Of a stretch of DNA of 64,000 bases, positions 25,632 through 37,852 are shown in pieces. The stretch covers positions 60,884,001 through 60,948,000 of the forward strand of contig OX597833.1 of assembly GCA_951406725.2 (NCBI GenBank), read 5' to 3'. Position 1 is the stretch's first letter. Each line of letters starts with the position of its first letter. This DNA is from Octopus vulgaris. Lineage: Eukaryota. The notes under the pieces were generated by a model. The model worked only from the letters and a program-made list of their open reading frames with translations, was not told the origin of the DNA and searched no databases. The position numbers were made by a program, and so were the translations under genes.

Positions 25632-25842
25632 TTTCTTTATTACCCACAAGGGGGGACGAACAAGGACAAACGGATTAAATCGATTACATCGACCCCAGTG
25701 CGTAACTGGTACTTAATTTATCGACCCCGAAAGGATGAGAGGCAAAGTCGACCTCGGTGGAATTTGAACTCAGAATGTAACGGCAGACGAAATACAGCTA
25801 TGCATTTCGCCCGGTGTGCTAACGGTTCTGCCAGCTCGCCGC
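25632..25842 (-). mobile_element. SINE family A
   Basis: Close to consensus; degenerate TSD tgtcttcatcatc / tgtcatcgtcatc. Confidence 0.87.
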
Positions 25843-25859
25843 TGTCATCGTCATCACCA

Positions 25860-26335
25860 TCATGTTTATTTTCTCATGCTAGCATGTGTTGGGGCTGGGT
25901 GTGTCTTGTTGATGCAGTATTCTACAGCTGGATGCTCTACCTGTCACCAACCCTTATTGTTTCCAAGTGAAGTACTTATTCCGATTGTCTTTCATACAAC
26001 AAACTCCTTGACATCTTTCCACAGCAGGTGCAAACAACAACACTGCTGCCTAAGTGGTGACATTGTTTACACAAAGAGAACATAGGTATTATCAATACAT
26101 AAATAAAAAAAATACAAATGTGTGCACATGTGCTTGCACACATACATATATGCATGCATGCACAGACACACAGCTGGCTTCTGCACAGTTTCCATCTGCT
26201 ATTTTTATTTACAAAGCTTTCATTTGCTCAAGGTTGTAATAGAAGATACTTATCATGGTGCCACATAGTGGGAATGAACCTGAAACCATGTGGTTGTGAA
26301 GCCAACTTCTTCACTACTCAGCCATTGTTGCACCT
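25860..26335 (-). mobile_element. SINE family B2, diverged
   Basis: RTE-like tail (ttctacagctggatgctc) at left and B head (aaaccatgtggttg...actcagccattg) at right. Confidence 0.55.
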
Positions 26336-26391
26336 ACTCATATATCACTTTTGTTTTTCTCTCTCTCTCTCCACACACACACACACACATA

Positions 26392-27245
26392 CAGGGTGCA
26401 GTGAATATATTGTCATCTAAATTATGCAAAAATGAAAATAACACTGACATCTCATTTTAACAGATATATTTACCAAAATTACATAAAAATATCTTGAAAT
26501 ACTAAAGAGTAAATTTATTCAATAAAATCACCATTGGCTTCAACCACGGCCTCCAGATGACTTCAGAATCTCCTGCAACTCTTCTGGACAGTCTCCTAGT
26601 GAATGTTGCCATAATCTTTACCTTCAGTTCATCTTTGGTGTTACAAGGATTTTCAACTGCACCCCACACATAATAATCAAGGGAGTTGCAGTCTGGGGAG
26701 TTAGGTGGCCAGATGTTAGGGGTGATGTGGTCATAGAAATTGTCTGACAGCCACGACTTAGTTTTCCTGCTTGTGTGGCATGGTACAGAGTCCTGTTGCG
26801 AGACACAGGGTCTTCTAGCAGCTGCCCTTTTGACTCAGGGCAGCACTACCTCCTCCAGGCACCTGATGTAGGCCTCTGTGTTGTCTGAGGCCGTGTGGGA
26901 GAATGAATGAAGGCATAACGTTGCCATCACTAGTGATCATTCCAAACACCATGATGTTGACTGGATGTTTGATTTTTATCACTCTTGGTACATGTTTTGG
27001 GGACAATCTGTCCTCAGATTGATATGCAAACACTCTGAAATGTTTGTATTGGAAGTGAATGCCAATCAGTACTGCATGTCATTTCCAAAATTCTAACCGA
27101 GTAAATTGCATCTTGGTGCTGTTTTTCTCACAAACAGTGCCCAACTGACCCTACTATACTGTGTAAATGGCAAAATCAAAAACAAACAATGCGCATGTAT
27201 GAAATTAAAAATAGAAAATGGCAACACTTTTACCATTGCACCCTG
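26392..27245 (-). mobile_element. Internally deleted Tc1/mariner transposon, DD37D (maT-type)
   Basis: TA|CAGGGTGCA...TGCACCCTG|TA ends. Minus-strand translation gives KHPVNIMVFGMITSDG and QQDSVPCHTSRKTKSWLSDNFYDHITPNIWPPNSPDCNSLDYYVWGAVE, with 37 residues between the 2nd and 3rd catalytic D. Confidence 0.88.
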
Positions 27246-27921
27246 TATACACATATCTTTGTAATTTCAAGATTCTTAAAAATCTTTTATTGGTAACTAG
27301 TGTTATAGTTTTAGCTGTTGGTAATGATGGTCAACATCGCTATCTGGATAAAATGGTAAGAAATCTAAACAAAAGAGATATATTTTGATGTACTGTGAGA
27401 AGAAGCAGACACTGACATTTTAGGCGGAGTTTTTAGTTGGACTCTGGTATTTTCCCTCCTATCTTCTTCTTCAATGAAATTACCTGCCAGAAATGTTAGC
27501 TTTTATTTCCCAGACACACCTCACAAACTCTCTCTTGTTTACAGTTCTTTTATTGGCTTTAGTTACTATTCACTGTGGTTCTTTTATAGACAAGTTCTGA
27601 GGGAGTACCTGTAATCTGCCCATGTTTATCTACTGTTAACTGTGTTTATATACGATGTCTATGACCAAGACATGCCACACTTGATTTTTAAGTCTATCTA
27701 ACGAGTTTATAAACAGACGACTACTACAAGAAAGTTCTGAATGTTGTTGTTAAGAGTTCATTAATGCGGGTCACTGGGCTTAAAAATGTTTCTCACAGTA
27801 TCATTATTTACCTAAACAACTGTAGCTTAACGAACTTATTCAGACTTTAAAAAGCTGGGGTTGAAAACAGGATGTGGATCTTTTAATCAGTCTTGTTGAA
27901 TTTTTTTTTTTTACTAGAAAT

Positions 27922-28139
27922 ATTGGTTTCAAATTTTGGCACAAGGCCAGCAATTTCATGGGTGTGGGGTAAGTCAATTACATCGACCCTAGGGGTCAAC
28001 TGACACTTATTTTATTGACTCCTGAAAGGATGAAAGGGATTGTTGACCTTGGTATGATTTGAACTCAGAACATGAAGACAGCTGAAATGCTGCTAAGCAT
28101 TTTATTCTGGCGTGTTAACAGTTCTGCCAGCTTGCTGCT
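27922..28139 (-). mobile_element. SINE family A
   Basis: Consensus match; flanked by the direct repeat TACTAGAAATA. Confidence 0.8.
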
Positions 28140-28716
28140 TTTTTCTACTAGAAATATCAATATCTTCATGTAATCAGTTAAACATTTCTTCTATAGCTTC
28201 CTTTAGAGGAAGCATTCTTGTCTTTTCCGTGAAACAATATTCCATACAGTTTTCTCTTTATAACCATGCTATATAATTTTTATGTCACCCCTGTTTCATC
28301 ATTCCTGGAACCCTTTCTTCAATCAACAAAACACTGCAATATACTCCTTTTCTAAAATTCTTATGTGAAAATATATTTCCTCACTGCATTTGGTTCAGGC
28401 CCCAAATTTTATTTCCTATTTTTTACTGTTCACCCTGACTGACTAATTTTTAACATTCACCTCTTCTTTGTACACACGCTCTCAAACATATATATCATGA
28501 CACTGTATGACAGGGTTGGACCCATGAACTTCAAGAAAAGTTTTATGAAATGCTTCCACTCAGTTTTCATCTACCCAATTTCTTTCACTGGACTCGAGTA
28601 AAAAACTGAAGCTGTGTATGGTAAAAAGATACTTGCTTAAGATGCTACTCATTAGAATTGAACCTGAGATCTCATGATAGCAAAGTAAACTTAACTATTT
28701 GGCTAAGCCAGCCATA

Positions 28717-29300
28717 GACAAGTGCACCACTATACATTTTGGGATGAAAAACCTGGAACTTACTCTATCCACAATACCAATGTCAAGAAGTTTGCTGGTG
28801 TATGTGGCCTTGACATTATTGTCAACAGTGGCCTGTATTAGATGAACCACATTTCTAAAATCATCAAAAAGGCAAAGGTGTCTTAGTACCATTAAGTAAG
28901 ACCTTTGTCAGTCGCTCATTGGCCACCTATTTTAAGCTATATATGGCTATGGTATGTCCACATTTGTAGTTTACCTTTCCAGTCTGGAACACCCATCTTA
29001 TTGAGAATATCGATTTACTAGATGATGTCCAGGTGTGCAACCAGATGAATAATTTCTATCCATCACCTGCCATATCCTAAATGTCTTGTTTCTCTGAGAA
29101 CAAGCCCTCTAAATCTTAGGCATCTAGGAACTGGCTTGGTAGAAGTCCACAAGATTATCCACCGTCTTTCCAGCAACAACTTTGATCACCCTTTTGAATT
29201 CAATATCTCCACCACCTGTAGACATGCTTTTAAAGTGAGAAAAACAGTACAATACCCAAAACATCTGGGAACTATTTTTTTATGCGCCAGAATACTGGCA
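28717..29300 (+). mobile_element. Decayed CR1-type LINE, C-terminal RT region
   Basis: Across frameshifts: DKC..IHFG; KLY.AMVCPHL.F..PVWN...ENIDLLDDVQ..ATR; YPKCL..L...L..R....LVEVHKII; T.RH.FK. These motifs match CR1/L2-type ORF2 C-termini. Confidence 0.7.
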
Positions 29301-29579
29301 TTGGTTTTCAGTTGTTAGAACACTGCATCCTTCAAAACTTCCATGCCTTCCAAAGTTCACCAACACTACTCCTGACACACCAATGACCCCTTTCCTCTTT
29401 ATGGTTCTTTTACTGTTCACTTTCCTGTCTTTTTTGTGCTTATCCTGTGTACTGTGTATGTACTTTTGACTGTGCATACACTTTGTCTTTCTTTACTTGA
29501 CTTAATGCTGCTTTCTATCCCTTTTTTTACCCATTTCTGATGAGCTGTAGTTTATCTGAGCACTGTATAAAATAAGTTC

Positions 29580-30210
29580 AGGTTACATCATCTGTTTTCT
29601 ATGCTGGTATGGGATGGATGGTTTGAGAGGAGTGGTATGCCAGGAGACTGTGTGAAGCTCCGATGTCTGCTTTGGCATGGTTTCTACTCCCACAACACAC
29701 TGCCAGTCAATGAAATCTTTGTCATCTTCATGGAGTGTAACAGCTTCAGATCCATCTTCACTTCATCTCAAGTCTTCTTGGTTTCTCTCTTTCACAAGTT
29801 TTACTTGCTTTGAACACGCAGTACACTTTTATGCAGTTGTTCTCCTCCATACTCATGATCTGCACATGCCAATGTGGTCTTCTCTCTTGCACATTATAGC
29901 TAACTTTTCTTATGATCAGTTTTTCTCTCAGTTCATTTGTGCTCTGTCATTCATGCACACTAATATTACACATGTAGTAAAGCATGCTAATTTTGTTTCT
30001 TTCTAGCATTTGCAGATCCTGTATTCAAGGCCTATGTTTTCATTCACAAGCATCATGTAATCTGCCTTTCACTCTGAAGGAGAAGCCTTTTATTACTGGC
30101 AGAGTTCATAATGCTCTGAACCTTTCCCAACCAGATCTTACCCTGGCTACTATGCTCTTAGAAGACCCCCACTTTCAACTACTTGTTAGGTCTCCTAGTT
30201 AACAGAGGGT
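29580..30210 (-). mobile_element. Decayed RTE LINE fragment ending in a family D tail
   Basis: Minus strand LGDL...SIVARVRSGWERFRAL, homologous to 59125-59337; D-like tail at 29580-29690. Confidence 0.65.
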
Positions 30211-30544
30211 CCATTCTATCTTGTTGCTCTTCCCTGTTTTAATGGTTTTCATGATTCTGTCAATGACCAGTCAGAACAAGGGCAATAAAAAACATACCTG
30301 CTCAACTCCTGTCCTGACTTCAAACCTCTCCAGTGTCTGGCCTGCATGTAAAACCCTACATGACATGTAGAGCTATATAGAGCAGACAGGATGGTGGGTT
30401 AGGTTTTTGCCATCTGGTGGTGGTAATGCCTGCTGTAGTTGTTAACCTACATCTGCTGTCCTCTCACAACAATGTGTATGCAACATGACTGTATCTGTCA
30501 CCCTCATTTGTAAAATAGGCCTGTTCCTTCCTGGAGAGGTCGTT

Positions 30545-30836
30545 AAAATTCAAGAACATTTGGGGTACTGTCTTAAAGGGCTTAGTCAAACAAATCAACC
30601 ATGGTACTTATTTTTTAAGTCTGGTATTTATTCTCTCAGTTTCTTTTGCTGAACTGCTAAGTTACAGGGATGGAAACTAACCAACACCAGTTGTCAAGCA
30701 GTGGTGGGAACGAAACATATACCCTGCCCTCCATGCACACACGTGATGGGTTTGGGTTATAACAGAAGACACTTGCCCAAGGTACCATGCAGTGGGACTG
30801 AACCCGAGACCATGTGGTTGGGAAGCACACAGTCAC
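30545..30836 (-). mobile_element. SINE family B
   Basis: ttttgctgaactgctaagttacagggatg...agaagacacttgcccaagg...catgtggttgggaagc. Confidence 0.75.
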
Positions 30837-30845
30837 GTTATTGAT

Positions 30846-31216
30846 TTATTACCCCTGCCTTAGCGAAGGCAGAGGTATTGTTTTTCAGTCGTGTTTGTTT
30901 GTGTGTCCGTGGACAAGATATCTCAAGAACCACTGGATGGATTCGGATGAAACTTTCAGGGATGTTTGGCCTCATGACTGGCATGAACTGATGAGATTTT
31001 GGGATCAATCTACTACTGGACAAAATTTCTAGATTATTTTTCATGTTTTTTTACTTAATTTTTGAGAGTGGTCAGGTTCATTTTTAGTATTCTCATTTGC
31101 GAGAGCAGTCGAGTTTATTTCTGATATTCTCATTTTAAAAATCATCTCTGGCTAATCGTTGAGAGGACGATGGTGTTGCCTTGACGGAGGTTTGCGCTAT
31201 GTGAGTGCTCATGTTT
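30846..31216 (+). mobile_element. Helentron-associated non-autonomous element (HINE/DINE-1-like)
   Basis: Starts TTATTACCCCTGCCTT with a short hairpin and a GTTT/GTCC microsatellite; ends with the subterminal inverted copy CCTTGACGGAGGT and a small stem-loop (gcgctatgtgagtgc) in a T-rich site. Confidence 0.6.
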
Positions 31217-31379
31217 TAATTATTGATTAATGTCTGAATTATTGTGATAGCTGAAGATATTTTAGCATTGTCTGTTTTTATATTCTAATATTATTTAACT
31301 TCAACGACACTAAACAGCAATGGTATCCAAATTCAATTAAATTTTCTCCATAGAACATGACTGTGGGGTTAAGAAGTTT

Positions 31380-31930
31380 GCATGGGTGTGTAGTTAAGAA
31401 GCTTACTTCCCATCTATATGGTTTCAAGTTCAGTCCCACTGTGTGGCACTTTAGCATGTGTCTTCTAGTATGATTCCATGTTGACAAAACCTTTCTGAGT
31501 GGATTTGGTTGACAGAAACTGAAAGAGGTGGTGAGCTGGCAGAAACGTTAGCATGCCGGGCGAAATGCTTAGCAGTATTTTGTCTGCCGTTATGTTTTCA
31601 GTTCAAATTCCGCTGAGGTCGGCTTTGCCTTTCATCCTTTCAGGGTTGATAAATTAAGTACCAGTTACACATTGGGGTTGATGTAATCGACTTAATCTCT
31701 TTGTCTGTCCTTGTTTAGCCCCTTGTGGGCAATAAAGAAATAAGAAACTGAAAAAAGCCCATCATGTAGGTGTGTGTGTATTTGTTTGTATGTGTGTCTG
31801 TCCTTTTGTTTTGACATCTTGTGATGGTTGTAAATGAGTGTTGTTCATTTCCCACCTTTCATGAAAAGCACGCCTGGCCATGGGAAAACATTAGCTTACT
31901 TGGTAAGAGATGAGGATTGGTGACTAGAGT
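31380..31930 (+). mobile_element. SINE family B2 interrupted by a family A SINE
   Basis: B head 31380-31525; the body resumes at 31743. Confidence 0.7.
31526..31742 (+). mobile_element. SINE family A nested in B2, with TSD
   Basis: TSD AGAAACTGAAA at 31514-31524 and 31743-31753. Confidence 0.88.
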
Positions 31931-32159
31931 ATAATGGCAGATAATGGTATTGTAGGTATATAGTACCACAGTTGTATGTTACTGCTGTTATATGATATCC
32001 TTGTTATACTGGATCTTATATATATATTGTATTACTGTTGTATGGTGTCATAGGTATATAGTGCCATAGATACATACGGTATTTAGAATATGCTCTATGG
32101 GGAAAAGTTTTCCTATAATAAAATGGTTGTAGAGATGAGGTATTGGATTGTCAATTTAA

Positions 32160-32361
32160 TTCCTTTGATATCAATCCACCTGGTTGTATAGAATCAACTT
32201 CCTGTTTTAAAGTGATCTTAATTAAAACCTTCCATTAAAATGTATTGTTAATTATGTTTCAAACACCAGCTTAAAATTTTAATTAATTTCACTAAGTTAT
32301 TTTGAAAATTAATTGAAACGAAGGCAGTTGTATGTCAATAGAAATACGCTAACGAAAAGGT
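32160..32361. mobile_element. Diverged family E-like MITE
   Basis: ttaattcctttgatatc ... gctaacgaaaaggttag, with internal similarity to 9046-9266. Confidence 0.5.
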
Positions 32362-32554
32362 TAGTGTAATGCAGGTGTTTTAATGAGTACTTACCTGAAA
32401 TATACTGATGTGATACAGAATAGGAAGGTGAGACTTTGCATTGGATATAAAAAGGTGAAGAGTTCAATTTTAGTCAAAGAAACTGTACTGATAAAGAAAT
32501 ATAATAACTGAAAATAGTCAGAAGATAACAATGACAGCGACAGTAATAAATATA

Positions 32555-32773
32555 TATTTCTTTATTACCCACAAGGGGCTAAACGTAGAGGGGACAAACA
32601 AGGACAGACAAAGGGATTAAGTCGATTACATCAACACCAGTGCGTAACTGGTACTTAATTTATCGACCCCGAAAGGATGAAAGGCAAAGTCGACCTCGGC
32701 GGAATTTGAACTCGGAACGTAACGACAGACGAAATACGGCTACGCATTTCGCCCGGCGTGCTAACGTTTCTGC
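32555..32773 (-). mobile_element. SINE family A, young (CpG-intact), head clipped
   Basis: Near-consensus with many CpGs retained. Confidence 0.88.
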
Positions 32774-32930
32774 GTTAATAATCCAGAAAACAGCTTTATT
32801 ATAATAATAATAATAATAATTCGTTTTTGGATTTGGTTTGCAAGATTCTTTATATGAGTTCGTGTTGAAGCATATTCTGTTGTTTTTGGGGAGAGGCACA
32901 AAAAGAAAATGACTCTCCCCAGACACAACA

Positions 32931-32963
<33 letters not shown>

Positions 32964-33968
32964 ATTCTAACTGTAGGGTGTCAGATCAGTAAAACTGGTG
33001 GACAAGATGTCATTGGACAATGTGATTTGTGGCATTTAATTGCAGGTTCAAATTCTGCCAAAGTCAACTTTGCTTTTCTTCCTCCTGGGATTAAAATAAA
33101 TTTACCAGACAGATACCAGGGTCAGATATGACTGCATCCTCCCCTTCTGGGAGCTTTGTTAGACAGTGTTAGACATTAAATATTTATACACTTTGTAGAA
33201 TCAGGGAAACATCTGACTTTTGGTATTTTGTTACGTCCCTCTATATTCTAACTAAATGTCGCTGTAATCTAGTAAATAAGTACTAGTCTCGTACTAGGTC
33301 AGCTTAACCTTAACTAACTTCTTTCCCTTAAAATTTCTGGTCTTGTGACTAAACCTAAAAATCAATATTGTACACAATCTCAAACAATCCTTTATATTCT
33401 TCTTTCTGTTCATTGGATGTCACTTTTTTGAATCGCATCCACCCTTTTTTTTTTTTTTTTTTTCAACTTCCCTTCCTTTGAAAAAGTCCCCTATTTTGTG
33501 TCGATGTTATTTCCATGTTTGGTTGTTGTTGTATACATTACGGAAAGTTCAGAAACAAGACAGGTGTATTGAAGTGGGTCTGTTTCTCGTTTCATGTCTT
33601 TTAGCCACTTATTATTTTGGCGTAATTCCTTTTTAAACTGTGAAAATTAGTGAACATCAAATTGGATTGACCTCAGCTGGGTTAATTGACTGACCTCTGA
33701 TGGGTTAATTGTTTGGCCAAATTCAGAAATTCTTAATGAAATTTGGTGATGGCCTCTTTTTTTTTTTTAAACAAGGGAATTCCTTCTCAGAGATGTTGGT
33801 TTTGTGGCTTTTGAAGTTCTTTAAAAAAGAGATGATCACATGATAGCTTGTCCTTAGTGAAATGGTCAATACATTTAAAGCAGAAAGAGATTTTAATTAT
33901 ATTTGGTTTATTTGGTTATTTTTGAGAATCTCGTAAAATCTCAGGAATATAATTATTGCTATTAGTAT

Positions 33969-34702
33969 TGAGCTGGTAGAATTGTTAGCATGTTAGCCAA
34001 AATGTTTAGCAGCATTCTGGCTCTTTGCATTCTGAGTTCAAATCCCACCAAAGTCAATTTTACCTTTCATCCTTTTCGGGTCAATGAAATACCATTTGAG
34101 CACAAGGGTTGATGTAATCAACTAGCATGCTCCCTCAAAATTTCAGGCTTTTGTGTCTCTAGTAGAAAGAATTATTGGTTTCAAATTTTGGCACAAGGCC
34201 AGCAGGTTTGCTGGAAGGGCCAAGTCAATTACATCAACCCCAGTGTTCAACTGGTATTTATTTTACTGACCCCAAAACGATGAAAGGCAAAGTCGACCAC
34301 ATTAGAATTTGAACTCAGAATGTAAGTAGAAAGAATTATTATTCGGTAGTTTAATTGTTAGCAAGTTGGACAAAATACTTAGCTGCATTTTTCTTCCGAG
34401 TTCAAATCCCACGAAGGTTGACTTTGCCTTTCATTCTTTCAGGGTCAATAAAATGGGTACTAGTCAAGTACTAGGGCACCTTTCCTTAAAATTGCTGGTT
34501 CTATGTCAAAATTATTATTATATTTTAAGGCTGTGAGTTGGTAGAATTGTTAGCATGCCAGGTGAAATGATTAGCAGTATTTCACCCATCAATACCTTCT
34601 TAGTTCAAATTCCTCCAATAAATTATCACTTGAGTACTGGAGTCGATGTAATCAACTTACTCCCTCCCTGAACTTGCTTGCCTTGTGCCAAAATTTGAAA
34701 TT
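33969..34702. mobile_element. Cluster of four family A SINEs (+, -, +, +)
   Basis: 33969-34172 (+), 34173-34325 (-), 34345-34515 (+), 34528-34702 (+). Confidence 0.75.
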
Positions 34703-34719
34703 ATCATCATCATCATCAT

Positions 34720-35614
34720 TATTATTCAGTTGTCTTATTTTTATTGCATGCATACAGAACACACTCAGGTACATGCATTGTTTTGATAAGACTTCTCTGT
34801 TGCATTAAAACTACTCTCTATAATATCTGTGTGCCATCGGAAAGGTCAGCAAATTGGGTCAATGGGTTCCTCACAAACTTTCCTAGTCTAATTGCGCACA
34901 GAGAGTGAATGTGTGCTCTTCTTTGCTGTCACACCTCACAAATGAACCTTTTTGGACTGAATAGTGACTGGCGATGAGAAATGCAGTCGCTATAAAAATG
35001 TCAAGCACCAAAGACAGTGGGTAGAGAAACACTGGTGACCCAGGCTAAAGAAGGTCTTCACCCACATAAGGTGTTGTTATCTCTTTGGTGGGATGTGAAA
35101 GGTTTAGTCCACTTTGAACTTTTAAACTCAAACCAAACGATAACAAAGGAGATCTGCTGTGAGCAGCTTGAGCAACTTATGTCAATGCTAGAAGAAAAAC
35201 GACCATCTTTGGTTTCAAAATGAAAGGTGTTCTTTCATCAGGATAATGCTTGACCACAAACAGCGAGGATGACAGTCCAAAGGTTGGAGCAGTTTGAATG
35301 GTAAATGATGTCCCACCCAACATATTTGCCAGACATTGCCCCATCTGATTATCATTTATCCCTCAGTCTTCAAAATCATTTGGACGGAAAAAATATGAAT
35401 TCTGTAGACGAGGTCAGAACTATATTGGATATGTATTTTTCGTCATGGACAAGTGAATTTTGGAAAAGGGGCCTTACAAATCTACCAGAAAGATGGAAGT
35501 GTATTGTAGAAAATGAGGGAGAGTATATTTTAGATAGAAAAAGAACTTTATTTATCTTAATTTTGAAAAATAAAGAAGTATAAAAAACCGCATTATTTAT
35601 GGAATGACCCAATA
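34720..35614 (+). mobile_element. Mariner (DD34D) transposase pseudogene with right TIR
   Basis: WVPHKL, IVTGDEK, LHPHKVLLSLWWD, FHQDNA*P, YLPDIAPSDYHL (34-aa D-D spacing), GL..LPERW..IVE..GEY; multiple stops; 3' end AAAACCGCATTATTTATGGAATGACCCAATA. Confidence 0.9.
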
Positions 35615-36944
35615 CAATAATGGTGGTGATAGTTGCGGTGGTGGTGGGCATATCATCTATAATTAAGTGGTATAGTGGTATTGATGAGCTGATGTTACTA
35701 AAAGACTAAATTACTTCCACAGGGAATAAAAGCAAAACAAACAATAAAACAAACTCCAAGTATCATGTGATATATTTCTTCTCTTCCATGCCACTCCCTG
35801 TTGAAATATGGTAAGGAGACTTTGTGAAAGTAGGACACAAAAAAAAAACATCTTGCAAGCTCTGCCCCTACAGCGAGACTAACAAAAAACCAAAATTGAC
35901 ATAGGATTTGTTTATTCATATCCAGTGGACATTTCTAAAACTGTTGGTGTCTTTGCTATATTTATTTTTGTGGGATTTTGTTTAGTGTCTGTGGTGTCTG
36001 AGGGAGAACTCAGCCATAAACCTTGTTACAAAGATCATAGTGGTCTTAGCCAGTGAAGAAATTTCTACATGGTTTCTTGGTCTGCTAAAAATACCAACCA
36101 AGTCTCCATGGTCATACCCTACAGTGTTAGACAGAATGAGCACATTGGATAATATAGTCTTTGTTACATTATGTTTGAATAAAAGGTGGATAAACAGCAA
36201 GCTAGCAGAATTATTAGCATGTCAGACAATTCTTTTAACTCTTTATGTTCTGAACTCAAATCCTGTATAGGTTACCTTTGCCTTTCAATAAAATAAAGCA
36301 CCAGTCAAGAACTGGGGGTCAATGTAATTGGCTTCTCCTCCCTTCAAAATTACTGGCTGTGAATCCAGCAACAGATGAGCATCATGTTTAGGGTTTTTAT
36401 TGTGATCTCAGTCACTGATATGTCACGGAAATTGGGTAAACCAGGTTTATGAGTCCAGGCTTGAGTTAGAAAAGAGTTGGATGGTCATGAGTGGATGTAC
36501 CTTGATTATAGGTCTGCTGGAGCAGAGCTGACTTTGGGCTAAACAACAACCTGTAGAAATTTCTGCAAATGTGGTGTATAATGATGATGTTGTTTGTTCT
36601 TTTAGCTCTTGGTCAATATGATATGGTGGAACATATGATCAAAAGCATTCCAGCCATGACCATCCCTTAATTTAGGGGCTGTTTAAAACTATGCTTATGT
36701 GTTATTTTGAAAAATAGAATGAAGACTTAAAGGGCCTGCAAAGGTCAAAGACCCTGTTCTTTCTTGTAGACTCAGCAAGTAAACAAAAAAAAATAGATGT
36801 GGCAGGTGGCACCCATGACACTTTTCAGGGGCCTCTTGTGTGGTGAGGTATGATTTAAAGAAGATTTGACTGCTATTTCTAACTTGTAGGGCTCATTTAT
36901 TATCTTCCTTTATTCATTTGTAATCTTACCATACAATTATCTTA

Positions 36945-37303
36945 TATCTTGTTTCAGTTATTGCACTTTAGCCATCTTGGGGCACTGTCTTGAAGAGTTT
37001 TAATTGAACAAATTGACTCCACTCCTTATATTTTTTCTACATCTATTATTCTGTCGGTCTCTTTTGCCAAACCACTAAATTATGAGGATGTAAACAAACC
37101 AACACTGGTTGTGGAGCTATGGGGGTGGTGTGTGTGACAAATACAGACATAAAGACGCACACTGAACTTCCACACAGTTTCTGACAAGGCATTGGTTGTC
37201 CCAGTGCTATAGTAGAAGACACTTGCCCGAGGTACCTAGTTGAGGGACTGAACCTGAAATCACATGGTTGCAAGTTTTCAACCACATAACCATGTCTGCA
37301 CCT
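36945..37303 (-). mobile_element. SINE family B, diverged
   Basis: ttgtttcagttattgcac...tctgtcggtctcttttgcc...agtagaagacacttgccc...accacataaccatgtctgcacct. Confidence 0.72.
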
Positions 37304-37632
37304 ACCTAAAAGCCAATGGTTTGTCTATTTCTCTGGGTTACTGAATTATTTTTTGAAGGCCAAGCCCCATTACTTTCAGGTTGTCCCCCAATATTCAAGA
37401 GTCTATGAACACCGTGTAATTGCATGGTGATTTCTCCCTGTTCTTCTCTAAGCTCCATCTAGTCTTGCAAACTAACCAAGTATTTGTCTACATTATACAA
37501 TAGTTGTGGTACTAACAGTAGTGAATTCCACTTCTTCATAATACTGATTTGCAACTATGTGTCTTAGTACGCTTATATAGTGCTTAACAGGCCTTGGTTT
37601 ACTTTAGCAGTAAAATATGATTAGTACTTTAA

Positions 37633-37852
37633 CCCTTTCATTACCAACCTGGCTGAAACCGGCTCTGGTTCTGTAGTACAAATGTCTTGTTTTCATAAGT
37701 TTTGAATTAAAATCTCCCACCAAACCTTAGTCACATTTATGTTTCAAATACTAGCTTAATGGTAACTAAGTTATTTTACTAAATTCTTTGTTATGTTTAA
37801 AGTAATTGAAAGAAACACAGAGCATCTCAACAGAAATACAGTAACAAAAGGG
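37633..37852. mobile_element. MITE family E (piggyBac-type)
   Basis: TTAA|CCCTTTCATTAC ... GTAACAAAAGGG|TTAA. Confidence 0.87.

Noticed and set aside
32386-32410. Perfect minus-strand donor CAG|GTAAGTA
   Set aside because: An isolated motif expected by chance in 64 kb; no convincing upstream exon.
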